Below, one piece after another: positions 9,970-19,208 of a DNA stretch of 64,000 bases. The notes under the pieces were generated by a model. That model saw nothing but the letters and a program-made list of their open reading frames with translations. It had not been told where the DNA came from and did no database searches. Both the position numbers and the translations under genes were made by a program. Each line of letters starts with the position of its first letter. The stretch's first letter is position 1. The DNA lies in the sequence record NC_028927.1; one strand, 5' to 3'. The DNA comes from Escherichia phage slur02.

Positions 9970-10173
9970 TTAATTCATATTACGCTTAATAACTTCAGCA
10001 ACTTCTAGTAGTTCATCTTTAGTTGCGGTGTCGGATTGAATTTTATCTCTAATATCTTTAAAGCGGTTTTTAAACTCTTCGGCTTCTCCCATATCGAAAA
10101 AGCGTTGAATAATTCTATATTCTCGATGAACTGCTTTATCAAAAAGTTCTAAATTTACTTTATATGATTTCAT
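9970..10173 (-). CDS. hypothetical protein (67 aa), rIIA.1 position
   Basis: Track ORF; early promoter upstream at about 10195-10230. Confidence 0.55.
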   Translation of the reverse strand: MKSYKVNLELFDKAVHREYRIIQRFFDMGEAEEFKNRFKDIRDKIQSDTATKDELLEVAEVIKRNMN

Positions 10174-10191
10174 TTCAATATCCTCATTTGC

Positions 10192-10234
10192 CCAATTAAT
10201 TATACCACATCCTTGTGGTAAAGTAAACTACTGG
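10192..10234 (-). promoter_or_regulatory. early promoter upstream of rIIA.1/rIIA
   Basis: GTTTAC, 17 nt, TATAAT with TG upstream; palindromic spacer CCACAAGGATGTGG. Confidence 0.6.
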
Positions 10235-12048
10235 CTCATCCATTCTTTACGAAGGTCAGCATTATCTCCCATGAGCATTTCAAAAAGCTCTTTCCAGTTC
10301 TCAGGAAGTTTAACAACATCATATACTGGATTTTGAATCATCTCACGATATTCAGATTTTTCCAAAGAGCCAAGTCCTTTAATATAACGGATGCTATGTT
10401 TAGGTAGAGCATCTTTGGCACTCTCATATTCAGCGACTGTATAAAACCATTCTTGTTTTTTACCGACCTGAGCGATGATTACCGGAGTTTTGACAAAGCG
10501 AATTCGTCCTTGCTCAAACAATTCTGGCCAATTACTAAAAAACCCGAGCAGAGAAGGATAAATGCTTCCTAGACCATCATGGTCAGCATCAGTCATAATA
10601 GCAATATTGCGATAATTCAAGTTTTCAGCTTTTTCACCAAGAACTAGACCAGTGATTGCGCAAATATCAAATAGTTCTTTGTTTTTAAGCATATCAGCAT
10701 ATGACATACCCCAACTGTTGAGAACTTTACCACGCAATGGATAACCACCATGAAGTTCTTTATCACGAACATCAATAAGATATCCGATAGCCGAATCACC
10801 CTCAGTCAGGAAAAGAGTAGTGTCAGCATCTTTACCACAAAGATTCGCTTTGATATGTTTATGAACTTTAGCTTTAGAAGCCTTTTTAGCTGCTTTAGTT
10901 TCAGCTGCTTTTTCTGCTGCCAATTTACGGGCCAAGGCAGCTTCAATAATTGGCATCAAAATAGCTTCATTATTTAGAATAGCGCGTGAAATCTTTTTAG
11001 CATCAAGCTGAATATGACTACGAATTTCGCCAAATGGAGAAGTCAAACGCTCTTTAGTTTGAGAATCAAATCGCATGTTTTTCATATCACGAACAAACAT
11101 AACGATAGTCAAACATTCTTTAACACGTGCTTTAGTTACATCAATTTTGAATTTACGTTTGATTTGTGGAATAAGGTCTTCACAAATATCATCCATAACG
11201 CAGTCAATGTGATGGCCACCATTCTTAGTGTGAATGTTATTCACATAAGTTAATTGACGAAATCCATCCGGTGAACGACCAACCGCAATAGAACAATTTT
11301 CTTGTTCTTGAACAATAGCATGTTCATCATACTGTCGTGCATATTTCTTAAAATTGCCCTGAACCTTTTTACCATTAAAGGTAAATTGAATATCAGGATA
11401 AACAACAGCAAGTGTCTGGAGACGATCTAGTGTAATGTCAAGATAAACTTGGGACAGCTCATTAGTTTCAAATGACATAAAATCAGGAATGAAAGTAACA
11501 CGAGTTCCTTTCCATTTTCCAGGAATAGTTTCCCAGGATTTATTTTCCATGCCATTTGAACAACGAACTACAATATTATTTTGACCATCGCCAGTTTCAC
11601 CGACAAACATCACAGAAAAAATGTTAGTTAAACTAGAACCAACACCATTCATACCACCGGTGACGCGTTCTTTATCATCACCAAAGTTACCACCTGCTTT
11701 TGGAATAGTCCAAGCAGCAACTGGGCCAGGAATTTCTTCACCGGTAGGTGTTTTAACCATCGCTTGTGGAATACCGCGACCGTTATCTTCAACTGTTACC
11801 TGATTATTTTTAATGGTAACATTAATTTTATTTGCGAATTTAAACTTAGTACGAATACCTTCATCTACTGAGTTATCGATAATTTCATCAATAAGCTTAA
11901 CAAGACCAGGTACATACTGAACACTTTCCCATTTACCAAACAGAAAGCGCTCATGCATTTCATTAGCTGAAGAGCCAATGTACATGCCGCTACGCTTTTT
12001 GATATGTTCAATATCGCTCAGAATTTTAATTTCATTCTTAATCATCAC
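10228..12048 (-). CDS. 39: DNA topoisomerase II large subunit (GyrB-like), uninterrupted
   Basis: 606 aa; GHKL ATPase motif EIIDNSVDE and Toprim LTEGDSA; one continuous ORF with no gene 60 split. Confidence 0.9.
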   Translation of the reverse strand: MMIKNEIKILSDIEHIKKRSGMYIGSSANEMHERFLFGKWESVQYVPGLVKLIDEIIDNSVDEGIRTKFKFANKINVTIKNNQVTVEDNGRGIPQAMVKTPTGEEIPGPVAAWTIPKAGGNFGDDKERVTGGMNGVGSSLTNIFSVMFVGETGDGQNNIVVRCSNGMENKSWETIPGKWKGTRVTFIPDFMSFETNELSQVYLDITLDRLQTLAVVYPDIQFTFNGKKVQGNFKKYARQYDEHAIVQEQENCSIAVGRSPDGFRQLTYVNNIHTKNGGHHIDCVMDDICEDLIPQIKRKFKIDVTKARVKECLTIVMFVRDMKNMRFDSQTKERLTSPFGEIRSHIQLDAKKISRAILNNEAILMPIIEAALARKLAAEKAAETKAAKKASKAKVHKHIKANLCGKDADTTLFLTEGDSAIGYLIDVRDKELHGGYPLRGKVLNSWGMSYADMLKNKELFDICAITGLVLGEKAENLNYRNIAIMTDADHDGLGSIYPSLLGFFSNWPELFEQGRIRFVKTPVIIAQVGKKQEWFYTVAEYESAKDALPKHSIRYIKGLGSLEKSEYREMIQNPVYDVVKLPENWKELFEMLMGDNADLRKEWMSQ

Positions 12049-12072
12049 TTATCCTCGTTTGGTTTCGGGAAT

Positions 12073-12098
12073 ATTATACTCCAGTAATCATAAAGCTA
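12073..12098 (-). promoter_or_regulatory. MotA-dependent middle promoter candidate for gene 39
   Basis: MotA-box-like AGCTTTA, 12-nt spacer, TATAAT; immediately after UUCG hairpin. Confidence 0.5.
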
Positions 12099-12115
12099 AA
12101 GGCCCGAAGGCCTTT
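12098..12115 (-). terminator. UUCG-tetraloop terminator downstream of lipoprotein gene
   Basis: AGGCC-UUCG-GGCCU then UUU. Confidence 0.55.
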
Positions 12116-12384
12116 TATTTAAAACGGATAGTCGAATCCTTGAAGAATAGACCAGAACATACTGTTCCTTCTACTTTCTGCCCAGTAGGTCCAACAGCAC
12201 GAAATCCAGTGTGTTGGAAATCATTTTCAGAGCAACCGAACCAGTTATATCCAGTGATTTCAATATTAGTAAAACCGCTTGAAGATAAAACTTTGGTTGC
12301 ATTATCAGCATCAGTACATCCTACTAAAGATACTGCTAATACTAATGCTGCAATAGAACGATTAATATATTTCATAATTTTCAC
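12115..12384 (-). CDS. small lipoprotein (89 aa)
   Basis: Signal peptide with lipobox (LVGC); terminator hairpin downstream. Confidence 0.6.
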   Translation of the reverse strand: MKIMKYINRSIAALVLAVSLVGCTDADNATKVLSSSGFTNIEITGYNWFGCSENDFQHTGFRAVGPTGQKVEGTVCSGLFFKDSTIRFK

Positions 12385-12752
12385 TTAAATTTAATGGCTT
12401 GAAGAAGACTAATAATTCTCAAGCGACTTCTTTCATCTTTAACTGTAAAAGAAAGAGGGTCACCAGATTTCATAGTAATAGTACATTCAAAATCAAAATC
12501 TTCGGGAACTTCTTCGAATAGGTCAAATTCTTCATCATAAATTAGAACATTACTCTGAAAACTGTGAAGAATTTTTCCATCATTTCCAGATGCTGTACTA
12601 ATCATTGTAACATTATTACCTTTCATATCTTCAACGATAAATTCGCTTGTAGATATTACATTACTAATAGAACCATTCCTATAAATAGCAGAAAATAGAT
12701 ATTTCTTTTCTTCACCTTCGCGAATACGATACTTCTTACCGATTTTAAACAT
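12381..12752 (-). CDS. hypothetical protein (123 aa)
   Basis: Track ORF; ATGA coupling. Confidence 0.55.
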   Translation of the reverse strand: MFKIGKKYRIREGEEKKYLFSAIYRNGSISNVISTSEFIVEDMKGNNVTMISTASGNDGKILHSFQSNVLIYDEEFDLFEEVPEDFDFECTITMKSGDPLSFTVKDERSRLRIISLLQAIKFK

Positions 12753-12754
12753 AA

Positions 12755-12931
12755 TTACCCTTTAAGTAAGTCGTAAAAACCGCCATTCACATGCTTAGGA
12801 GCAGAAGGCCGACGAGTAGACAGACGATGACATTTAGGACAAACATCATTTTCTCGTTCAGAAATCTTTTTAATTTTTTCATATTCATGCCCGCAATCTT
12901 CGGATTGGCATTTATAATCATACATTGGCAT
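12755..12931 (-). CDS. small zinc-ribbon protein (58 aa, two CxxC pairs)
   Basis: Hand-translated MPMYDYKCQSEDCGHEYEKIKKISERENDVCPKCHRLSTRRPSAPKHVNGGFYDLLKG; coupled to flanking genes. Confidence 0.45.
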   Translation of the reverse strand: MPMYDYKCQSEDCGHEYEKIKKISERENDVCPKCHRLSTRRPSAPKHVNGGFYDLLKG

Positions 12932-12933
12932 AA

Positions 12934-13353
12934 TTATTCCTTAAAGTGTGCTTTCAACATCTGATACAAGGACCATGCCTGTTCATTATTTTCAATAGTA
13001 ACTTTCATGACCGGGAATTCTGTGAAATCTTCTATTTGTTCTTGCTCTTCCTGCTTTTGCTCTTCGGACGCTTGATATGGATTTCCAACTTCGTCAAAGA
13101 ACTCTGCTTCATTCGTGGAGAGCCAGATAAAGTTTTCATCAAGGATATCACCGCCTGTTGCGTATCCAACCGTGCCAGTAGATGTCACAATTTTAGTAGG
13201 ACGACTGAGATGGTCAACATCTAAAATTTTAAAAGGTTCCATACCTAAACGTCGTGCGTAGATTCCGTTATCAGTATGGTCTTTAATAAAAGCTTCTTGA
13301 GCTTGTTTATTTTTAAATTGATACCATTTATTAACTTCAAATCTAATAGCCAT
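12934..13353 (-). CDS. hypothetical acidic protein (139 aa), goF position
   Basis: Track ORF; Glu/Gln-rich segment; synteny only. Confidence 0.5.
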   Translation of the reverse strand: MAIRFEVNKWYQFKNKQAQEAFIKDHTDNGIYARRLGMEPFKILDVDHLSRPTKIVTSTGTVGYATGGDILDENFIWLSTNEAEFFDEVGNPYQASEEQKQEEQEQIEDFTEFPVMKVTIENNEQAWSLYQMLKAHFKE

Positions 13354-13568
13354 TAATAAATTTCCTTCCAGTAAGTTGTACCGTCTTCAGTGATTTCACG
13401 GAATACACCATAAATCGGTTGTTTATCACCAACCTTTTCATACACATAAACCGAAGTCAAGTGAGTAAACTTGATGGTGTGTTCCTTTTGAACTACTACC
13501 AAATCTGGATCGAATAATACATCTTCAAATTCGTCATTAGTACAATTCTGAACAATTTTACGTTTCAT
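13353..13568 (-). CDS. cef: Cef-like small protein (71 aa)
   Basis: 71 aa, position between goF-like and motB-like genes; synteny only. Confidence 0.45.
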   Translation of the reverse strand: MKRKIVQNCTNDEFEDVLFDPDLVVVQKEHTIKFTHLTSVYVYEKVGDKQPIYGVFREITEDGTTYWKEIY

Positions 13569-13581
13569 TACAATTTCCTCA

Positions 13582-13851
13582 TTAATTAAACAGTGGAGCG
13601 ATGCGTTTCAGAAGAGTAGCAGCACCTTTGGCGAATTTTACATCATGAAAAACAGTTTCTTCTTCCGTTACAACACGAGCTTTAATGTTTTCACAATCCC
13701 AATTTTTGCGAACAATCTTCAAAAGCTGCAGTAAATCTTTACATTCAGCAATATCGATAACACATCCACGAGAATCTTCCATTATCGCACGATAACCGTA
13801 AGCCATACCATAATCGTTGAAAGATTGCTCGATGATAATTAAGTTTTCCAT
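13582..13851 (-). CDS. hypothetical protein (89 aa)
   Basis: Track ORF trimmed to ATG after TTGGAGAATAAAATG leader. Confidence 0.5.
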   Translation of the reverse strand: MENLIIIEQSFNDYGMAYGYRAIMEDSRGCVIDIAECKDLLQLLKIVRKNWDCENIKARVVTEEETVFHDVKFAKGAATLLKRIAPLFN

Positions 13852-13948
13852 TTTATTCTCCAAGTTGTTTTCTGTATCAGTAGTTGATATTGATATAGTA
13901 CCATAATCAACTACTGATGTATATAGTTTTATGAAAAAATTTTAAACT

Positions 13949-14437
13949 TTATGCATAGAGAGCATTGCTATAGTGTTTAATCCAACTTTCAGGAATGACT
14001 TTGTATGTTCCTAAAAATACCACATTGTATAACTTAACGCCATCTTCTACCCATTGATCGGTAATATATCCACACATAGCACGAGTATAAGCAGCCTTTC
14101 CATCATCTTTGATAAATTTAAATTCGCAAGGAGCAATGAACTTAATAGCTTGACCGAGTTTCCACTTAAAGTCTACGCCTACATGTGAAGTATCAATCGT
14201 TTCAATTACTTTAGCAGGAACAGCTTTCAAAAACGCAGATTCAAGAAATTTCGCACGAACATAGCCAAACTGGGGTTTAGACTTTCCATCTTTAGGAATG
14301 ATACGCACTTTTACTTCAGAATCTTCATCTTTAACGCCATGTTTAAGCTGAATGCTTACAATTTCGACCAATTTTCCTGCTGCTTTAGAGCGGGATTTAT
14401 CAGATACACGAGCTAATTCACCAATATTAATAATCAT
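13949..14437 (-). CDS. motB: MotB-like protein (162 aa)
   Basis: Length and position match T4 motB; C-terminal domain shared with ORF 14511..14948. Confidence 0.55.
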   Translation of the reverse strand: MIINIGELARVSDKSRSKAAGKLVEIVSIQLKHGVKDEDSEVKVRIIPKDGKSKPQFGYVRAKFLESAFLKAVPAKVIETIDTSHVGVDFKWKLGQAIKFIAPCEFKFIKDDGKAAYTRAMCGYITDQWVEDGVKLYNVVFLGTYKVIPESWIKHYSNALYA

Positions 14438-14475
14438 AGTTATTTCTCACTTGTTAAAAAGATTTTATACTCCGC

Positions 14476-14517
14476 GGGACCATTATACTCTGGTCCCAAG
14501 AGTTTGTAAACTAGCTT
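14476..14517 (-). promoter_or_regulatory. early promoter upstream of motB-like gene
   Basis: GTTTAC, 17 nt, TATAAT; -10 lies in loop of inverted repeat GGGACC...GGTCCC. Confidence 0.55.
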
Positions 14518-14948
14518 ACACGAACATTAATCACTGCGCTGCGAGGAACTACGGAGTACTCTCCAGCATGAACTACATTAAGAAGTTCAACGCCATCTTC
14601 AATCCACTGGTCAGTTACCCAACCGCCAATCGGATTCGCGAATGGACGACGAATATAAACTGCCTTACACAACAAATCAGTCGGGTCTTCAGGTTTTTCA
14701 ATTTCTGTCAATAGACTAAAATCTTTTTCATAAATAATAAGCGGTGATACCATTCCATAATAGTTTCTAATTTCAATATACATCATACCGATAAGAATTC
14801 CGCTATTAACACTAATAACAGTAAAAGGATATCCGCCAGTTAAACCAAGAAGTTCACAAAACTTATTATGAGCTGTATTAGACAGTACCGAAAAATTCTT
14901 AATTTCATCAAATTTTTTCAATTGATAAACAGCATTATTTTTAATCAT
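14511..14948 (-). CDS. MotB paralog (145 aa)
   Basis: C-terminal motif TDQW(V/I)EDGV(K/E)L.NVV shared with 13949..14437. Confidence 0.5.
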   Translation of the reverse strand: MIKNNAVYQLKKFDEIKNFSVLSNTAHNKFCELLGLTGGYPFTVISVNSGILIGMMYIEIRNYYGMVSPLIIYEKDFSLLTEIEKPEDPTDLLCKAVYIRRPFANPIGGWVTDQWIEDGVELLNVVHAGEYSVVPRSAVINVRVS

Positions 14949-14958
14949 AATTTTCTCT

Positions 14959-15462
14959 TTAATCTAAGGTAATAAAGCCTTTTAATTCGGCATGGGATTT
15001 GCGGAACATTACTTGGTGCCCACCAATGATAACTTCATCTTCAGGAACTTCGTATACAGCAAGATAAAATCCTTTAGAAGCTAATTCTTCACGCTCTTCT
15101 CGTGTGAACCATCTCATCATATCATATTCACTAGCGAAAGCAAAATGATAAAGAGCTATAAACCATCCTGGAATATAGTGATCTACGCCTACATATTCCT
15201 CTTTCTCAAATTTAGTATTAATTGCTATATTAGCATTTTTAACTAATAATTTGTCTTCGCGCGGAAGAGGAATTCTTTTGTTATCATTACTATGATGTGT
15301 AAAATTAGGTCTATCATAACCTACGTGTAATAACCACTCTTCGCTCCATGAATCTATTATACTCCTGTATGGCGTTATTTGAACACAAAGATTTCGACGT
15401 ATTGTTATAGCATCTTCACAATTAAGAATACTAAACGATGATTCAACACGGTAAATTTTCAT
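14959..15462 (-). CDS. hypothetical protein (167 aa)
   Basis: Track ORF trimmed to ATG with GAGGA SD (MKIYRVESSF...); early promoter upstream. Confidence 0.5.
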   Translation of the reverse strand: MKIYRVESSFSILNCEDAITIRRNLCVQITPYRSIIDSWSEEWLLHVGYDRPNFTHHSNDNKRIPLPREDKLLVKNANIAINTKFEKEEYVGVDHYIPGWFIALYHFAFASEYDMMRWFTREEREELASKGFYLAVYEVPEDEVIIGGHQVMFRKSHAELKGFITLD

Positions 15463-15485
15463 TTTATTATCCTCAGTAGCTATGG

Positions 15486-15522
15486 TGTTATAATACCACA
15501 ACTAACCGAGGAAGTAAACAAC
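15486..15522 (-). promoter_or_regulatory. early promoter
   Basis: GTTTAC, 17 nt, TATTAT. Confidence 0.5.
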
Positions 15523-15525
15523 TTT

Positions 15526-16209
15526 TTATCGTTTTGTTGGAAGAGATAGAGGATCGCACTCTTCCTCTGACGGAGCATCTTCAAGACCCATAGCATATCG
15601 CAAAGCATACTTCATCATCAGGATGTCTTTCGCACAATCATGAATAGAATCATGCGCAACGAATCCATCTAAAGTTCCCTTTGGAAGAGGACATGTAGTC
15701 ATATCACGAACAAGCAGAAGTGCTTCAATTCTGGTACGAATATCACGCTGATTCCAGAATTTACAAGGTTCTAACTTAAACGTATCAAGCTCATTCTCAG
15801 AAACGCCATTAAGACGTTGAATATCGCGAATGAGATCGACTAAAATTGGAAAATCAAACGACATTCCACGGCACCAACCTTGAGATTTCCAAGGATCGAT
15901 ATTATGCGCATTGATGTAATCATTAAATTTTGCAATACCATCGATAGTGCTTACATCTTCATCTGATGGTGCAATATTTTTTCGAGCTTCAGGAGATTGA
16001 TTTTTCCACCATTCGATAGTGCTTTTAGTAAAAAGACGATGTCCCTTTTGGCTTTTTAAATCAAACTTGATTTTAATGCCGCGTGAAACTAATTCATCAA
16101 AGGATTCAACTACTTCTGGATTAGGGTCAAAGGCAATAACAGCCAAATCAATAACAGCTGCCTTTTCACCGCTTCCCATTGTTTCAAAATCTATAATAAA
16201 ATCAAACAT
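15526..16209 (-). CDS. dexA: DexA, exonuclease A (DnaQ-like 3'-5' exonuclease)
   Basis: 227 aa as in T4 DexA; Exo I motif DFETMG near N-terminus. Confidence 0.8.
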   Translation of the reverse strand: MFDFIIDFETMGSGEKAAVIDLAVIAFDPNPEVVESFDELVSRGIKIKFDLKSQKGHRLFTKSTIEWWKNQSPEARKNIAPSDEDVSTIDGIAKFNDYINAHNIDPWKSQGWCRGMSFDFPILVDLIRDIQRLNGVSENELDTFKLEPCKFWNQRDIRTRIEALLLVRDMTTCPLPKGTLDGFVAHDSIHDCAKDILMMKYALRYAMGLEDAPSEEECDPLSLPTKR

Positions 16210-16484
16210 TAAATTTTCCTCGCTAAATCGCGAATTTGACCTACAGTATAATCTTGGATATAAACTTTATTAATGGGCTCATCAATAAATTTTGCCATAG
16301 ATTCAATATCTTTTTGTATCTCTTCAAGACTGTATACTATCTTTAAAGCTTTTTCGCGAATAGTAACATTATCAGGTCCTGGATTTTCCTCAATGACAGC
16401 TTTGACATTTGTCATAAGAGATTTAAACTGATGCAAACTTAATTCAATCATTAATAATCGCCTTATAAAGATGGCTAATTTCAC
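16209..16484 (-). CDS. hypothetical protein (up to 91 aa), paralog of 16444..16704
   Basis: Shared motif LEEI..D.......I.DY..G.I..L; start uncertain. Confidence 0.45.
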   Translation of the reverse strand: MKLAIFIRRLLMIELSLHQFKSLMTNVKAVIEENPGPDNVTIREKALKIVYSLEEIQKDIESMAKFIDEPINKVYIQDYTVGQIRDLARKI

Positions 16485-16704
16485 CTAAAATGTAATCACT
16501 GATTGTAACAGTTTTTACTTCACCACAAAAGAATTCTAACGCAATCAAATCTCGTTCAATTTCTTCCAATTGAAGCATTAACTTGCCTGATTCAATTTTT
16601 ACATTTCTGCGATTTTTACTATAAGCTATTTCATATATTTCGCTCACTTTATCTTGAAGTAGATAAAACTGGTCTTTAGTTATTTCCACGAATAGCTTCC
16701 TCAA
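16444..16704 (-). CDS. hypothetical protein (86 aa), paralog of 16209..16484
   Basis: Track ORF; sequence similarity to neighbour. Confidence 0.45.
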   Translation of the reverse strand: MRKLFVEITKDQFYLLQDKVSEIYEIAYSKNRRNVKIESGKLMLQLEEIERDLIALEFFCGEVKTVTISDYILGEISHLYKAIIND

Positions 16705-16710
16705 ATTTAA

Positions 16711-18030
16711 TCATACGTAAAACACATCATAACGACCACGAGTGACACCAACATAAAGAAGCTGCTGAGCTAGTTCAGCATCTGCATAATGAATACAAGG
16801 CGTATAGATAAAAGCACGGTCTACAGACATACCCTGAGCTTTATGGAATGTTGACGCAGGAAGTGCTTTCACTTTACTAAACTGTGATTTAGCATCCCAA
16901 AAATCACTCCACGGAGCTTTTCCACCTTTATTCCAATTTTTGTAAGTTTCTGCCGTTTTACCTAAAAATAAGTTAAACTTATACAGCTCTTCATCAGATG
17001 AAATTATTTTAATCTTTTCACGATAATATTCATCATCGCCGTAAGTTTCTACTGTTAAATCCCAATGACGAATTAGATATTCTCCAGAAACACCACGAGC
17101 TTTAACAAAGGTTGATGTATACTCTGCTTCTATAATACGAACTAATTGTCCGTTATTAAAAATAATTTCTGACACAGGCTTTCCATCAATTTTATATGTT
17201 TTAATTAATGGTTCCTGCATTACAATAATTTCACCGACAATAAAATCTTTATCAGTTTCAAAAATCTTTTTACGAATAATGCTATTTAACTTATCAACAG
17301 ATTTATTCGTAAATGCCATTACGCGATTTTCAAACAAATCATCTAGTGATTTGACGATTGAAAAATAATTTACCATAAAATCGCGTAAAGCGGTATCACC
17401 GGTAAATCCACGTACTCCATGACCGTCAACAACTTTATCATAAATCCACTTACCGTTACGAACGTCAGTAGCTACATCAATAATAGGAGCATTACTGCGT
17501 TTAACTTCAGTGAGTTCACACTGATAAAAGTCTTTGTGTGTAAAGAACGGACTGATATAAGCAGTGTTTTCTCCTGGGTCAACAGGTCTAATTTGCTTAT
17601 TATCGCCTATTCCAATTATAGTACACCATGGTGGAATAGTTGAAAGCAGAATTTTAAATAGCTTTCTATCATACATTGACACTTCGTCGCAGATTAATAC
17701 CCTGCATTTAGCTAAATCTGGTACTTCCTTCTGCTCAAAAAGAACATTTTCTTCATATGTTACTGGGTTAATTTTAAGAATACTATGAATAGTACTTGCT
17801 TCTTTCCCTGATAGTTTTGAAAGAATCTTTTTAGCTGCATGAGTAGGAGCTGCTAAAATAATACCAGTTTCACCCGTAGATATTAAAGCTTCAATGATGA
17901 ACTTAGTAAGAGTAGTCTTACCGGTACCGGCAGGTCCATTAATAGTTACATGGTGTTTCTTTTCTTTAATAGCCTTCATAATAATGTTAAAGGCATTTTT
18001 CTGGCCTTCGGTCAAATCATCAAATGTCAT
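16711..18030 (-). CDS. dda: Dda DNA helicase (SF1B)
   Basis: 439 aa; Walker A GPAGTGKTT; length as T4 Dda. Confidence 0.9.
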   Translation of the reverse strand: MTFDDLTEGQKNAFNIIMKAIKEKKHHVTINGPAGTGKTTLTKFIIEALISTGETGIILAAPTHAAKKILSKLSGKEASTIHSILKINPVTYEENVLFEQKEVPDLAKCRVLICDEVSMYDRKLFKILLSTIPPWCTIIGIGDNKQIRPVDPGENTAYISPFFTHKDFYQCELTEVKRSNAPIIDVATDVRNGKWIYDKVVDGHGVRGFTGDTALRDFMVNYFSIVKSLDDLFENRVMAFTNKSVDKLNSIIRKKIFETDKDFIVGEIIVMQEPLIKTYKIDGKPVSEIIFNNGQLVRIIEAEYTSTFVKARGVSGEYLIRHWDLTVETYGDDEYYREKIKIISSDEELYKFNLFLGKTAETYKNWNKGGKAPWSDFWDAKSQFSKVKALPASTFHKAQGMSVDRAFIYTPCIHYADAELAQQLLYVGVTRGRYDVFYV

Positions 18031-18338
18031 CGTAAATTCCCTGCAATTGGTATACTAACAATACGCCCAGTATCTAAAATTCGCTGATATAATCTTTGCG
18101 TGTCTACATCAGGCTTAACATGTTTAACTTCTATTTTATTAAACCAAAATTTACGTGGGGTCTCAACTAATCTCGGAATTCCCATACCTAAAGCTAGTCG
18201 ATACTGCTCTTTAAGAGTAGTAAATACTTTATCAGCAATCTCCCTTTCAAAAAATACAGCAGGACGATGTTCATCAAGTGGAACTGGCGCTGTAAATCCG
18301 TCTTTGTCTCGGTAAACTATCGCATATACATAAACCAT
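18027..18338 (-). CDS. hypothetical protein (103 aa), dda.1 position
   Basis: Track ORF; ATGA overlap with dda. Confidence 0.55.
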   Translation of the reverse strand: MVYVYAIVYRDKDGFTAPVPLDEHRPAVFFEREIADKVFTTLKEQYRLALGMGIPRLVETPRKFWFNKIEVKHVKPDVDTQRLYQRILDTGRIVSIPIAGNLR

Positions 18339-18339
18339 A

Positions 18340-19086
18340 TTATCCTCGGATAAGTTTAAAAATTGAACAATTTAGCGGGTATCCTCTTTTCAGTTTAAGT
18401 TTATCAATAAAAGACAAATTTTGATACCGCTCTACACCTTGAATAATTTTATCACACATATCATATTGCATTTCTGCTTCTGACAGCTTTTTCACAATTT
18501 TCCAATCCGAGCCTTTAAGAAGAACGTTCAATTTAACAACTTCAGCGCCTTCTGCTATGCGAGAACCATCAATACGTGCTTTAAGTGCTATAATCCTTAG
18601 CTTAATGTCAGAGGTCTGTTTTGATTTAGAAAGCTGAGAAATGTGTTCAATTCGGTTTTCACGTTTTTTCTGTATAGCTTTAATTTGATTATAAGTCTTT
18701 TTGATTTTAGCCCATTTCTTTTCATCTAAATTTAGTTTATGAACTTTTTTCGCAGATGAACGACCAATTCGCAAAGCAAATAAATCACGCTTTTCAATCA
18801 ACTCTTCTAAAGTATAATCAGAACGAAATGTATTATACTTTTTCTTTACTGCAATAACATTCCCTTTAATGTATCCAACGTTATTATCAAAACGTTCTAA
18901 TGATAATTTCTCTCCTTCAACACGATTATCAAAAGGTTCTCCTGAGTAAGCACAAACTTTCTGATCTAAAATGTTCTTAATGTAATTGAAGTCTAAGTTA
19001 AAATCTTTAGAACGTCTTTTTGCAGATGCCTGGGTATGCTCTAGACGACGTTTAATTTTACGAATTTGGTTATTAGACAGCTTCAT
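18340..19086 (-). CDS. srd: Srd-like protein (248 aa)
   Basis: Position between dda.1 and modA as in T4; basic, coiled-coil-rich. Confidence 0.5.
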   Translation of the reverse strand: MKLSNNQIRKIKRRLEHTQASAKRRSKDFNLDFNYIKNILDQKVCAYSGEPFDNRVEGEKLSLERFDNNVGYIKGNVIAVKKKYNTFRSDYTLEELIEKRDLFALRIGRSSAKKVHKLNLDEKKWAKIKKTYNQIKAIQKKRENRIEHISQLSKSKQTSDIKLRIIALKARIDGSRIAEGAEVVKLNVLLKGSDWKIVKKLSEAEMQYDMCDKIIQGVERYQNLSFIDKLKLKRGYPLNCSIFKLIRG

Positions 19087-19117
19087 ATTTTTCTCACATC
19101 TTACGGACGGTTAACTA

Positions 19118-19156
19118 CTTATACTATAACATTTTTACTTTAACTTGTAAACAACT
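19118..19156 (-). promoter_or_regulatory. early promoter upstream of srd-like gene
   Basis: GTTTAC, about 18 nt, TATAGT. Confidence 0.5.
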
Positions 19157-19208
19157 TTATGAAAAATGCTTTAAAACTTTCATGGTATAATGAATCTAAG
19201 TCCTTCCA

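Noticed and set aside
18340-19086. Possible HNH-like homing endonuclease in the srd-position gene (motif LERFDNNVGYIKGNV)
   Set aside because: No catalytic His/Cys pattern of HNH enzymes is evident and the gene sits where srd lies in T4; kept as Srd-like.
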